A DNA stretch of 63,176 nt, the filler included, from Octopus bimaculoides (Eukaryota): NCBI RefSeq assembly GCF_001194135.2. It is 7 parts of 6 records of this genome, joined end to end, with 100 filler letters (N's around TTAATTAATTAA, not from the genome) between each part and the next. Parts side by side here need not be neighbours in the genome. Positions count along the whole stretch, not along the records: positions 19,875 to 49,029 come from NC_068991.1; 6 more parts are not named here. The stretch is one strand, 5' to 3'. Shown here piece after piece: positions 33,884-47,364 of the stretch. Each line of letters opens with the position of its first letter. Within the stretch, counting starts at the first letter, position 1. Made by a program: the position numbers and the translations under genes. Below the pieces are notes generated by a model. It saw nothing but the letters and a program-made list of their open reading frames with translations. It made no database searches and had not been told where the DNA came from.

Positions 33884-35287
33884 AACAAAATACATACGCA
33901 TATTTTTACACATCTATATACACACACACACAAGCACACACACACACACACACACACCACACACACACACACATGCTCGCACACATATATACATAAATTT
34001 ATAAATCTGTGTACATATACATTATTAGACATATACATATATATTTGTATGTGTGTATGTGTACGTATACATATATAAATGCACACACACATACACATAT
34101 ATATATGCATACATATATATGCATACATATATATATGCATACATCTNNNNNNNNNNNNNNNNNNNNNNNNNNNNNNNNNNNNNNNNNNNNNNNNNNNNNN
34201 NNNNNNNNNNNNNNNNNNNNNNNNNNNNNNNNNNNNNNNNNNNNNNNNNNNNNNNNNNNNNNNNNNNNNNNNNNNNNNNNNNNNNNNNNNNNNNNNNNNN
34301 NNNNNNNNNNNNNNNNNNNNNNNNNNNNNNNNNNNNNNNNNNNNNNNNNNNNNNNNNNNNNNNNNNNNNNNNNNNNNNNNNNNNNNNNNNNNNNNNNNNN
34401 NNNNNNNNNNNNNNNNNNNNNNNNNNNNNNNNNNNNNNNNNNNNNNNNNNNNNNNNNNNNNNNNNNNNNNNNNNNNNNNNNNNNNNTACATACATACATA
34501 CATACATACATACATGCATGCATACATACATACATAAATACATGCATGCATACATACATGCATACATATATGCATACATGTTTCCATACATGTATATATA
34601 TATACGTACATGCATACATAGATACATGCATACATACATTCATACATGCAAGCATACATACATGTTTACATACATGCATGTATATATACCTACATACATA
34701 CATGCACACACACATACGTGCATGCATACCTACATACATACATACATACATACATACATACATGCATGCATGCATGCATACATACATACATACATACATA
34801 CATACATGTAGGCAAAGATGAAAACATTGACTTCGTCGAAAACTATGTTCCCACTACTTACTTGATCTATTTACAAATTTTACACATGCCTCTAATTCCT
34901 CGAAGCCCGTTGTGAATAAAACAACATAGTAACTGTCGAGCAATTGGCGTATAGAGGAAGTGTGGGAAATATGCAGTAGTATAGCCCACTGCAGCATGAT
35001 GCGTTTTGCTTAAACAATACGAAATACATAGCCAGAACTGGTCGCAGGAAATAGTAAATGGAATCTGAATTGGATAAGTGTTCATAATTGGTTGGCACTT
35101 ACAAGACTATAATATGTAAGTCAATGTTTTGTATATCTCCCCCCATCTCTAATACTGAATGTTACAAATATTTCGAAATTTATACGAATATTGCATAGGC
35201 GGAACAAATGCATACTTAAGTAGACTCCAGAATGTACGATATGTTAGTTTTCCAATTCAGTAATGATCACATCTAATAATGCTCTTA

Positions 35288-36544
35288 CGAGGGGTGTTCA
35301 TTAAAGGTTTTCCCTGACCCACTTCCCAAGGACTGAGGTAAACGAAAGTTGACATAATTATTAGTCCTTTTCTACATAGCCACCACCAATGGTGACACAC
35401 TTCTCCCATCACTTTATGCAACTCTGAAGACCTCGTCTGTAGAAGTCAGTAGGTTGCGTCCGGAGTCAAGACTTCACCTTGGAAATAAGTTCATCATCAT
35501 CTCAAAAGTGCTTCCTCTTCAAAATAGACTTCATGGTTGGAAAGAGGTGGAAGTCAGACAGTGCGAAGTCGAGAGAGTAAGGGGGGATGAAGAAAGATTT
35601 CATACCCGCCGAGTGTACTTTCATCTGGGCAACATGCGCATTGTGAACTGAGGCGTTGTCTTGGAGGAGGTGAACTCCTTTGGTCAGTATGCCACGCCTT
35701 TCTGCTTTGATGGTGTCACGCAATTTCTGCCGCAGAGAAGTATAATATGCCCCGTTAATTGTGGTACCTTTGCCAGAAAATCCATCATCACTATTCTAAA
35801 AGACTGTGAGCTTCACCTTGCCTGCTGAGGGTTGGACACGAGCCTTCTTTGGATGTGGTGAGTTATCATGCTTCCATTACTTCGATTGGAAAATAGTCTC
35901 AGGACCATAGTGATGGACCCATGTTTCATCCTGTGAGATAAGTCTGCCGAAAAAGTTCTCCCCGTTTTCTTGGCACATTGCCAAAAGAGCCTAAGAGCAA
36001 TTTACTGGTTCCTGCTTCTGAAAAGGTATGAGCATCCAGAGAATCCAACGTGCAGACAACTTCCGCATGTGCAAATGTTCGTGAATGATTTTTTCTACGG
36101 ACCCTACACTTATCTTCACTTCTTGGGCTCGTGAATATTCATACGGCGATCCTCTAAAATAGCAACTTCCACTTTATGGATGGTGTCATCATCGATGGTG
36201 GAATGTGGTCATGCATGAACAGGAACAGTTTCCACCGATGTCCGACCACATTTGAACTTCGAATGATGGTGCATCGTCACCATAATCTTCTTTCATGTCA
36301 TCGAACGTCTCTTTTGATGAACGAACTTTCCTGTATAAGAACCTGATCACAGATCTGCATTCAGCTACCTCCATTATAACACCTTATTCCACTTCAGCAG
36401 CCGTAAAAGACAAACGAACACTTGTGGAAAGCTGCAATTTACAATGTGACATGTAAAGACATGCATGATTATACGTGTACACGTTCTGCTTCCTGCAATA
36501 ACCGGAAGTGGATCAGGGGGGAAATATTTAATGAACACTTCTCG
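35288..36544 (-). mobile_element. Full-length decayed mariner (DD34D-type) transposon
   Basis: ~40-bp TIRs (cgaggggtgttcattaaagg.. / ..atttaatgaacacttctcg) with TA on both sides; transposase remnants RSVIRFL, MRKLSARW, QDETWVHHY, SAGKV, LLQDNA, PPYSLDFALSDFHLF. Confidence 0.95.
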
Positions 36545-36985
36545 TATATTGCTTTCACAGGCACCAACATTTGGATACCAATCCAGGCTCTGGAAAAGAT
36601 CCGCGGTTTGGATAGCTTGGACAATAAGACTAAAACGATACTAACCACTGCCGGTGAGCTGGCAGAATCGTTAGCACACCGGACAATATGCTTTATTCGT
36701 TGAACAATATTTCGACAGTACGTCTGTCTTTCTCAAGTTCAAAGCAAAAGGTGATTAAAAATTCAAAATTTCAGAAATCTAAACGTAAACTATGAACGAG
36801 AGTAACCAGCGTCCATACGTTGATGGAATGACATCATCAGTTTTTAAGTTTTATAACAGGCAGAAAGAAAGAAAAAAATAGAAAAAGGAAGACGACAGAA
36901 AAAAGGAAAGAAAAGAGAGAAAGAAGAATATTCAATCAAACAGTTTTGTATAAATTTGATGATATTCTCCTGTCANNNNNNNNNN

Positions 36986-37290
36986 GAACTACTGTTCTTG
37001 TGCCTGACGTCGAATCTGTGCCCATTAAACCTTTTGTTTAATTGTTCCGTTGTATAACCAACATAAATCAAGTTGTGTTTCGTGCATTCTGCAGCGTACA
37101 CTAAATGGGAATCTTTAGTTTCCCCCCTTCTGTATAAATCATAACATTGCTGTTATGATTTCTGATGGAATTCACTTCACTCATGTTGTTGCACAATGAA
37201 CAGGACTTACCTCTCTTGCGGCTGTTCTTTAAGGTACAGCGTGCAAATACTCCAATGTTCGTTTTCTTGGAATCTTCTTGGAGTTTTCTT
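36986..37290 (-). mobile_element. Penelope-type GIY-YIG endonuclease fragment
   Basis: RCTLKNSRKRGKSCSLC...(frameshift) KDSHLVYAAECTKHNLIYVGYTTEQLNKRFNGHRFDV. Confidence 0.85.
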
Positions 37291-37545
37291 GCCATCGTTT
37301 TATCATAATACTTTGTTGTTCCAGTTTTAGCCTGGATTTCAGTTGTTTTACAGCTTTCGTTGTTTCCTCGTTTTCTTCATAGCTGTCAGGTACTATGACT
37401 TCTTTTTTGTATTTGTCAGCTTCTTTTTTTTATTTTGCTCATAATTTTTGACTAAATGTACCAGTTTTCCTTACTTCTGAATTAGGCATTTCTGTAACCC
37501 TATGGTAGTTATGTTATAATTGTTTTGTAGTTGCATAACGCCTGT
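37285..37545 (-). mobile_element. R4/Dong-like post-RT (thumb) fragment
   Basis: GVMQLQNNYNITTIGLQKCL..LVKNYEQNKK..EADKYKKEV..TTKAVKQLKSRLKLEQQSIMIKRWQE, matching the GGRGL..TIGL..W.EKPLHG region of R4-clade ORFs as recalled. Confidence 0.65.
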
Positions 37546-37613
37546 ACCACATATATTGTGATATAACCTTTCTATATCAGATATTGTGCGGTGCAACCTA
37601 AATTCTGTCATTA

Positions 37614-37680
<67 letters not shown>

Positions 37681-38500
37681 TTCTCTTTTTCACAGGATTT
37701 GTTGGAGCTCCTGGAGTCTTGCATGCGTAGCGGGCTTACTACCTGCAGCTTACGGTACCATGCCATTCGCTCTTTTCAGTTATCTAATACCTTTCTGATT
37801 ATTCTGGCCGTGCCAAGAAGGCAAACCTTTTGTAACAGTTATACTGGGCACTCTATTCCAATTTCCTTTCTATTCCTTTGATGCCTTCTCATACTGTTCT
37901 CGAGGACCCAACAAGGATTGGCACTATCTTCAACTTCTTCGTTTTCCATAGCCGGGCTATTTCGTACTTAAGAGGGTTGTATCTGTCTATCTTTTCACCT
38001 TCCTTCTTGACTATTCGTGGGCTAAAGGGGCATGCAACGTCAACTATATAGCATATGTGATGCACCTTGTTCACCACTACTAGGTCCGGTCTATTATGCT
38101 CTAGCATCTGATCTGTTTGGATTGGGAAATCCCAGAGGATTTTGCTAGTCTCCGCCTCTGCCACTCTCTGTAGTTTGTGCTCATACCACGTCTGGCCTCT
38201 CTTTGGCCCCCACTTTTCACACAGTTTCTATTGTAGCACTTCCCCTTGGAAGATTCCTCTCTTGATTTTCACTTCTCCTAGTACTTGCTTCCCTGCTGTC
38301 AATTCCCTTCTCCAGCACTTCATGCTATTCCATATCAGGCTTCTCATATTGTCTGCTACTCCATACATTATCACTGTTCTTATTATCCAGGAGTGTGGTA
38401 TCATATCGTATGCTTTGCGATAGTCAACCCATGCCATGCTCAGTTAAAAATGAGTACCAACCGAAATCTGGTTCACACACTCCCTCCAAGTGACACAACC
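37681..38500 (-). mobile_element. R4/Dong-like RLE retrotransposon with a large internal deletion, 3' end abutting (TAA)n
   Basis: MAWVDYRKAYDMIPHSW...KRGIFQG joined directly to VLQ*KLCEKWG..WYEHK..KILWDFPIQTDQMLEHNRPDLVVV..IVDVACPF..EKIDRYNPLKYEIARLWK..VPILVG; (TTA)n at 37617-37680. Confidence 0.92.
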
Positions 38501-38609
38501 TGGTATACCGCAGGGTCATAAGGGGAGAGAGAGAGTTTATATCTGCTTGCGACTACATCGGCACCTAAAACATTTAGCGAAAGTAAGATACATGTTACCA
38601 AGTTATACT

Positions 38610-39275
38610 AGTTCGCTGACGGAATCTTTAGAATGCCGGACAAAATTCTTAGCGGTATTATGTAGTCTTTACGTTCTGAGTTTAAATTCCACAGAGAACG
38701 ACTTTGCCTTTCAACCTTTCGGGACCGGTGAAATAAGTATCAGCTGAGTACTGTGGTTGGTGTAATCACCTATCCACCTCCTGCAAAAATTGCAGGCCTT
38801 GCACCAATAGCTGTAAGGGTTATCTCATTTCAGAAAGGCGACGACCTGGCAAAACTATCACTGCGCCAGACAAAATGTTTGGCGGCATTTCTTCCAGCTC
38901 TTTACATTCTAAGTTCAAATGTGCCGAAGCCGACTTTGCTTTTCATCCTTCCGAGGTCGATAAAATAAGTACCAGTTGAGCATTTGGCTCGATGCAATCA
39001 ACTAACACCGCCCTACAAAATGTCAGGCCTTGCGCTCATAGTATCATGATTATTTAGCTTCAGGTTAAATAAGACCGTGAACTGGTAGATTAGAGCGTCA
39101 TTAAAATGCTTTGCAGTATTTGTTTTGGCTCTTTACATTTTGTGTTCCAATTCCGCCGTGGTCAACTTTGCTTTTCATTCCACAGGACTCGATCAGAAAT
39201 AAAAGTATTAGTGATGTAGTAAGGGCTAACACCCTTATTCTCAAAATTATTGGTCTTGTGCTTGAATCAGAAACC
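38610..39275 (+). mobile_element. Three tandem SINE family A copies
   Basis: Heads at ~38610, ~38835 and ~39075, each with ttc-aaat-tccgcc-g..gtc-actttgc..cga-aaaataag core. Confidence 0.8.
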
Positions 39276-39925
39276 ATTATTTAACCCACATGTCAGTCCC
39301 GATAGAGTAGGTACATGATTAATGCCAGTTTATCTGTGATTATTTCATCGAATTTTTACGACATAATGTATTTAGGATTACTTTATTCAGTGTTCCCTTT
39401 CTCTGTTGTTGGGATCAATAGCATTAAGCCGTTCTCTTTTCAACCACGAGGTTCCTGAGTTCCATTCCTCTGTATGGAGAAATGCGTTACCATTACCTCG
39501 CTTGGACCTAAACTGTGTAAGTGAAATTGGGGCAGATGGGAACTGCATGGACGCCCATTTGATAGATTTTACCTGTAGTTCAAAAGATGCAGCCTAGTCA
39601 TAATCAGTATCATGTTGATCCTACCTGAGAATTACATTAAAGGTATACGTGTCTGAAACACTCAGCCGCTAAGACTCTAATTCAATGATCAAGTCGATTA
39701 GTTGATCGAACCATTGAGTGTTCATAGCCGAAAACGACTGAGATCCATTTACTATTGTTGCTATTGTAGTTGTTGTTGCTGCTGCTACTGTTGTTGTTGT
39801 TGTTTAGCTTTACTCCCTTCCTCCCTCAAGTCGAGTTAGATGGAGTAGATTAACGATCGAAGTGGTTTCAGCCGTGACTTTTACATCGATTTATCTAAGA
39901 CTACATTATCAAACATAGCTTATGT

Positions 39926-40289
39926 TGGCATTCCGTCGCTTACGACCTCGGGGGTTCCAATTGATCCGATCAACGGAACAGCCTGCTCGTGAAATTAACG
40001 TGCAAGTGGCTGAGCACTCCACAGACACGTGTACCCTTAACGTAGTTCTCGGAGATATTCAGCGTGACACAGTGTGACAAGGCTGACCCTTTGAATTACA
40101 GGCACAACAGAAACAGGAGGTAAGAGTGAGAGAAAGTTGTGATGGAAGAGTACAGCAGGGTTCGCCACCATCCCCTGCCGGATGCCTCGCGGAGCTTTAG
40201 GTGTTTTCGCTCAATAAACACTCACAACGCCCGGTCTGGGAATCGAAACCGCGAGTCCGCTGCCCTAACCACTGGGCCATTGCGCCTCC
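39926..40289 (-). mobile_element. SINE family C, full length, 12-13 bp TSD
   Basis: Reverse complement of 23532-23910; acatagcttatg(t) at 39913-39924 and 40290-40301. Confidence 0.92.
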
Positions 40290-40299
40290 ACATAGCTTA

Positions 40300-41170
40300 T
40301 GTAAGACTATATTATCAAACATGTCCTTCACGATTTTAAAGTGGTATCGTACGATTTAAGAGAAATCTGGCTTGTTATTTCTTGGAATTAAAAGACCTGT
40401 CTCTAATTGAACGAGTCTTGTTTTTCAGACATAGTACATCTAAGAATACATTATCAAACGTGTCCTTATTGTGTCCTTATCGATTTTAGGGAGACAGTGT
40501 ACGGTTGAAGAGATATTGAGCTGCTATATGTTGGAAATCGAGTGACCTTGTTTCTAATTCAGGCATATTTTTCTGATAAAATATATATCTAGGATACATT
40601 ACCAAATGTGTCTTTATCAATTCTAATATGCTAGCGTATTATATATCTAGGACTACATTAGCAAATGTGTCTCTTCTCGATTTTAAGACTGAAGCGTTCG
40701 ATCGAAGAAAAATATGGCCAATAGCGACCTTGTCACTAGGTCAGGCATAGTATATCTAGGATTACATTATCAAAAGTGTCCTCGATTTTAAGAACGAAGC
40801 TTACGATTGAAGAGACAATTGGTTGATATTTCTCGGAAATCGAGCGACCTTGTCTCAAGTTCAGATATTGTATATCTAGGTCTGCATCAACAAATATGTC
40901 TTTCTTGATTTCAAGGCAGTGTCATACGATTTAAGAGGAACTGAGCTGTTATTTCTTGGAAATCGAACGATCAAGTCGATTTTTTTCATACATAATATAC
41001 CTAGGGCCGCATTATTAAATGTGTCCTTCTTGATTTTAATCTTGGAAATTAAGTGACCTTGTCTCTCTTGTTCAGCCATATTTTAGACACAATATCTTGG
41101 ACTATATTATAAAATATGCTCTCAATTTTAAACTTTAGCGTCCGATTTAAGAGATATTTGGCTGTTACTG
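40300..41170 (+). repeat. Degenerate tandem array, ~8-9 units of ~60-150 bp
   Basis: Recurrent atatctagga(c)tacattatcaaatgtgtcc..gattttaag..cgattgaagaga..tatttcttggaaatcgag-gaccttgtc at ~40300, 40436, 40584, 40643, 40752, 40872, 40996 and 41092, plus ~39893. Confidence 0.85.
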
Positions 41171-41261
41171 TTCTGTCATTTGTTACATTCTTTTGCAAAT
41201 TCTTATTCACATACTTTTGTTTCAGGTGAAATTGTACGATGGTATATTTCTTTTTTGTTTG

Positions 41262-41303
<42 letters not shown>

Positions 41304-42560
41304 NNNNNNNNNNNNNNNNNNNNNNNNNNNNNNNNNNNNNNNNNNNNNNNNNNNNNNNNNNNNNNNNNNNNNNNNNNNNNNNNNNNNNNNNNNNNNNNNN
41401 NNNNNNNNNNNNNNNNNNNNNNNNNNNNNNNNNNNNNNNNNNNNNNNNNNNNNNNNNNNNNNNNNNNNNNNNNNNNNNNNNNNNNNNNNNNNNNNNNNNN
41501 NNNNNNNNNNNNNNNNNNNNNNNNNNNNNNNNNNNNNNNNNNNNNNNNNNNNNNNNNNNNNNNNNNNNNNNNNNNNNNNNNNNNNNNNNNNNNNNNNNNN
41601 NNNNNNNNNNNNNNNNNNNNNNNNNNNNNNNNNNNNNNNNNNNNNNNNNNNNNNNNNNNNNNNNNNNNNNNNNNNNNNNNNNNNNNNNNNNNNNNNNNNN
41701 NNNNNNNNNNNNNNNNNNNNNNNNNNNNNNNNNNNNNNNNNNNNNNNNNNNNNNNNNNNNNNNNNNNNNNNNNNNNNNNNNNNNNNNNNNNNNNNNNNNN
41801 NNNNNNNNNNNNNNNNNNNNNNNNNNNNNNNNNNNNNNNNNNNNNNNNNNNNNNNNNNNNNNNNNNNNNNNNNNNNNNNNNNNNNNNNNNNNNNNNNNNN
41901 NNNNNNNNNNNNNNNNNNNNNNNNNNNNNNNNNNNNNNNNNNNNNNNNNNNNNNNNNNNNNNNNNNNNNNNNNNNNNNNNNNNNNNNNNNNNNNNNNNNN
42001 NNNNNNNNNNNNNNNNNNNNNNNNNNNNNNNNNNNNNNNNNNNNNNNNNNNNNNNNNNNNNNNNNNNNNNNNNNNNNNNNNNNNNNNNNNNNNNNNNNNN
42101 NNNNNNNNNNNNNNNNNNNNNNNNNNNNNNNNNNNNNNNNNNNNNNTATATATATTCACTCTTTTCTTTCTGGAACATGTTCTAAGAATTTTCACCGCAA
42201 CAGAATTCTGATAACGGTAGTAAATGAGTCAAAATGATGGTACTAAAGTGAAACAGTTAAAAATGTCATGTTTTACATAGTTATCTTTCGAAAAAAAAAA
42301 AAAAAAAGAGATGAGAAAAAAAGAGCAATATCAACAAAAAAAAATCACCTCACTCCTACGAACTGATTCTGTTTATGAATAGATCTCTGCATCTCGGTAA
42401 GAGCGGAAGTATACTATAAATATCTTGTATAAATACACATACACACACATACACACTCATACATACACGTGTACACCAACGTGAGAGCATGTGTCAGCGT
42501 GCATTTGTGGTTGTATGTGTGCATGTGTGTGTAGATACAAGCATATATATACATTATATT

Positions 42561-42643
<83 letters not shown>

Positions 42644-43411
42644 GAGAGAGGCAGACAGTCAGACAGAGAGTGATTCTTATATACACAAGTTTATATATAT
42701 CTTTAGGTGCATCGTAGTTGTGTGGTANNNNNNNNNNNNNNNNNNNNNNNNNNNNNNNNNNNNNNNNNNNNNNNNNNNNNNNNNNNNNNNNNNNNNNNNN
42801 NNNNNNNNNNNNNNNNNNNNNNNNNNNNNNNNNNNNNNNNNNNNNNNNNNNNNNNNNNNNNNNNNNNNNNNNNNNNNNNNNNNNNNNNNNNNNNNNNNNN
42901 NNNNNNNNNNNNNNNNNNNNNNNNNNNNNNNNNNNNNNNNNNNNNNNNNNNNNNNNNNNNNNNNNNNNNNNNNNNNNNNNNNNNNNNNNNNNNNNNNNNN
43001 NNNNNNNNNNNNNNNNNNNNNNNNNNNNNNNNNNNNNNNNNNNNNNNNNNNNNNNNNNNNNNNNNNNNNNNNNNNNNNNNNNNNNNNNNNNNNNNNNNNN
43101 NNNNNNNNNNNNNNNNNNNNNNNNNNNNNNNNNNNNNNNNNNNNNNNNNNNNNNNNNNNNNNNNNNNNNNNNNNNNNNNNNNNNNNNNNNNNNNNNNNNN
43201 NNNNNNNNNNNNNNNNNNNNNNNNNNNNNAATAAGAAAGGAGTTACGACGCAAAAACGTATATATTAAATGAGCATATTTATCTTCAATATATATATTTC
43301 AGTATAAAGAATTCATTAAGAGACTTAATAAATCAAAATTCCTTTACACATCTTCATTTTTGAGTTAGCTTACCAATTATTTTGTTGGTAATTAATTTAT
43401 AATATATTGAC

Positions 43412-43460
<49 letters not shown>

Positions 43461-45046
43461 ACACTTATTCCATAAATATTATCATGTTCTAAGCTAAAAT
43501 TTATCCATATATTTTTACTTCAAATTTTATTACTTATGTTGAAACAAAATGGGTTTGTAATTTTAGAAGTGATGGAATAAGATGTTGCGATGTTCATCTC
43601 TTTCTGAAAAGCAAAAATAACATAAATCGAAGACACCTTTTACCTAAGATCTCGTTCTATGATAATCGCTGAAAATCGTACGAAGTTAGACCAATGTATC
43701 GATTATCAAAGACTCACCAGAAGATATCAACACGGATTAACTCACGGGCGCACTGTTTGTTCTCACTGCTTTTTCTACCACTACTACAAAGGCCTCTTCT
43801 CCAACTAATTAAGAAGCCTCTTCTTCATATGGCCCTTCACTGCAGTCGTACATAGTCTTTATATCCGAAAGCTGAAAACATGAGCAGGATCAAATACCCT
43901 CGCACTGCATGGTGTCCATTGCGTGACATCTTGAGCAAGTGTCGTCTGCTATAGACTCGCATCATCGAACGGTTTATGAGTAAAATTTGGCAGAGATGAC
44001 CTGTATGATATCCCGTTAAAGCGACTTGTTTTTCACTGGTATAGAATTAATCTGTTGTTCGGTTTCACACGATCGCTGACCATTGGTGAAGCGAGATCTT
44101 TATCACCTCTCCCAATGCCAAAGGTTTGCGCAGAATCGCAAAGTTTGTGAACTTGACTTTAAAATGTTTAAATATTACAATAGAAAATTATCGACCAAGA
44201 ATATACCTTTATGAAAGTATAAGATTTTCTTTTCACACTGAAGCCTTTTTATTACCTTTTCACAAAATACTGCGTAGCCATGATTAGACTGACTCAGATC
44301 AAATTAAACAGTTCCAATCGAAACGAACCTCGCAACACTCAAAACCTTTCTAGTTCACAACTATAACAAATAATATTCGTAAAGTAATTGGAAATGGCAC
44401 CAAATTACAAAAAGTAGACTTTCAAAGCCAGCAATTCAAAGACTATTGATAACTAATGGTTTCTGATTAGTAACTAATGGATTCTGATTAATGACTAATA
44501 GTTTCTAAGAGGGGAGTTAGACGATACTATCGAACCATTACTTGAATAGTACTTTATTTTATCAGTCGCGAAAAGATAAAAGGCAAAGTTGACCGCACTG
44601 CCTCCAGTGCTTATATTTTTAAAGCTTGGTATTTATCTATGCCGAACCTCTGAGTTCCAAAACAGATATATCATCCAAAAACATATATCTCGCAAAGCAA
44701 AATAAAAATAGAACATGTCACGTTATACATCGGAAATAGTCAAGTTTAAAAAAACATAAAGGACAAATCAGAAACAACATGAAACTTAATATATCGTCAT
44801 TAGCCATAAATGAAATAAAATTAAGCATCTAAAAAATAAACAAAGAAATAACAAAGCAAAAACAAAGAATTAATAAACATTAGAAAAACAGAAAACTGGC
44901 AAATATCTGTCGCCAACTAAAACCAGAAAACTAAAAATAAAACCTTAGAATTAGCGACACTCGTTATATGACGGGTAGCTTTTGAAATGTACGCTGGCCG
45001 TCAATATGTAATATCTGAAAATATAGGATAATCATTTTCTTTCTTA

Positions 45047-45428
45047 AACATGTTTCAGTCGTTAGACTGCGGCCATGCTGGAGCACCGCCTTGAGAAATT
45101 TTAGTCGAATTAATCGACACCCAGTACTTGTTTTCTCTTTAAGCCTGGTACTTATTTTATCGGAGTCATTTGCCGAACCGCTATGTTACCAGAGGTGAGC
45201 TTACCAGCACCTGTTATCAAGCAGTTGTGGGACACACACGCGCACGCACGCACACACGCACACACACGCATACGCACACACACACACATACATATACATA
45301 TGTATGTATACGACGGGCTTCTTTTAGTTTCTGTCTACTAAATCCACTCTCAAGGTTTCGATCGACCCGAGGCTACAGTAGAACACACTTGCCCATGGTT
45401 CCATGCAAAGGGACTGTGGGAAGCAAAC
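45047..45428 (-). mobile_element. SINE family B
   Basis: tgtttcagtcgttagactgcggccatgctggagcaccgcc...cgacgggcttc...aagcaaacttcttac. Confidence 0.85.
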
Positions 45429-45628
45429 TTCTTACAACATAATAATTATTACAATAATTATTATTTAACTTTTATCAAATTTCTTGATGCTTATACAAAA
45501 TGATGAAATGAATACTAATTTTCAAAAGAAACATTTATGACAGTAAAATTAAATGAAAAGAATTTCTAATTTGAATATTTGCAATAACAAAATATGTTAT
45601 TTTCTTGAATTTCATCAACATAATTGCG

Positions 45629-46022
45629 TAGGCGTGGCTGTGTTGTAAGAAGCTTGCTTCCCAACTACATGGTTCTGGGGTCAGTCCCTTTGCCTGGCAC
45701 CTTGGACGAGTGTCTTCTACTATAGTCACGAGCCTACCAAAACCTTGAAGACGGATTTAGTAGACAAAAACTGAAAGAAGCCCGTCATATATACACATAT
45801 GTGTGTTGTGTGTGCGCGTCTATGTGTGCCTCTTGTGTGTGCGCGCACAAGTCTGCGTGTGCATCTGTGTGTAGGCGTTTGTTTACGTCTGCGTTTGTCC
45901 GCCACCACCGCTTGACAATGGGTGTTGGTGCGTTTATGTCCCCGTAACTTAGCGGTTCGGGAAAAGGAAATGTTGCTAAGCATTTCGCCCGGCGTGCTAA
46001 CGATTCTGCCAGCTCACCGCCT
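45629..46022 (+). mobile_element. SINE family B, followed by a minus-strand family A head (45964-46022)
   Basis: ggcgtggctgtgttgtaagaagcttgcttccc...cgtaacttagcggttcgg; then gctaagcatttcgcccggcgtgctaacgattctgccagctc. Confidence 0.85.
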
Positions 46023-46389
46023 TACATATCGGGTATCATTAAAGACAGTATAGCAACAGCAACAGCAACAACAATTATACCACACTTAGGTCACAAAAAT
46101 AACCGCTAGTAACATACTTAAATTGCCACACCATATGACCATACGATCTTATTTCTAGAAAACCAGGCACCAAAAACTTATGGGCTACCACATAGCAAGC
46201 AGCTATCAAATTTCATTGAAAAAAAACCTTCGTTATCCCGAGGCACTCGCCCAAGTTGCTACCCTGTATGTTCAGACTCCTTTACCACATACCCATACCC
46301 AGCTGCTCTAAATATCTGCTATAGTGCCGTTTCTGATAATTGACAAACTTTTAAACTGTTTACATAAAAGTTCACTACAATTATCATAT

Positions 46390-46545
46390 AGGCGCAGGCG
46401 TAGCTGTGTGGTAAGAAACCTTCTTCTCAACCACATGGTTTCGGGTTCAGTCTCACTGAGTGGCACGTTGGGCAAGTATCTTCTACTATAGCCTCGAGCC
46501 GTCCAAAGCCTTGTGAGTGGATTTGGCAGACGGAAACTGCGATAA
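46390..46545 (+). mobile_element. SINE family B, 5' half
   Basis: ggcgcaggcgtagctgtgtggtaagaaacc...ccttgtgagtggatttggcagacggaaactg. Confidence 0.85.
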
Positions 46546-46712
46546 AAGACCCCCCTCCCGCCCTGGGTCTTCTATACTATCCTTGGCCTGTCCACCCACC
46601 TCAGGCACCCCACCGTTGGCACCGCCAAGATGAACAAGCTCAATCACTGGCAACAGATCTTCTACTCGGATGCAGGTTAACAAAAGAAGAAAATACACAC
46701 ACGCGCACGTGC

Positions 46713-46748
<36 letters not shown>

Positions 46749-47364
46749 TAAATGAAATAAAACAACAAAACCAAGGCAGTGTGAAATTTCTGGGACATTN
46801 NNNNNNNNNNNNNNNNNNNNNNNNNNNNNNNNNNNNNNNNNNNNNNNNNNNNNNNNNNNNNNNNNNNNNNNNNNNNNNNNNNNNNNNNNNNNNNNNNNNN
46901 NNNNNNNNNNNNNNNNNNNNNNNNNNNNNNNNNNNNNNNNNNNNNNNNNNNNNNNNNNNNNNNNNNNNNNNNNNNNNNNNNNNNNNNNNNNNNNNNNNNN
47001 NNNNNNNNNNNNNNNNNNNNNNNNNNNNNNNNNNNNNNNNNNNNNNNNNNNNNNNNNNNNNNNNNNNNNNNNNNNNNNNNNNNNNNNNNNNNNNNNNNNN
47101 NNNNNNNNNNNNNNNNNNNNNNNNNNNNNNNNNNNNNNNNNNNNNNNNNNNNNNNNNNNNNNNNNNNNNNNNNNNNNNNNNNNNNNNNNNNNNNNNNNNN
47201 NNNNNNNNNNNNNNNNNNNNNNNNNNNNNNNNNNNNNNNNNNNNNNNNNNNNNNNNNNNNNNNNNNNNNNNNNNNNNNNNNNNNNNNNNNNNNNNNNNNN
47301 NNNNNNNNNNNNNNNNNNNNNNNNNNNNNNNNNNNNNNNNNNNNATATATATATACCTGTAATG

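Noticed and set aside
40300-41170. CRISPR-like periodicity
   Set aside because: Units are diverged along their whole length with no conserved repeat / unique spacer pattern, no cas genes, eukaryotic context.
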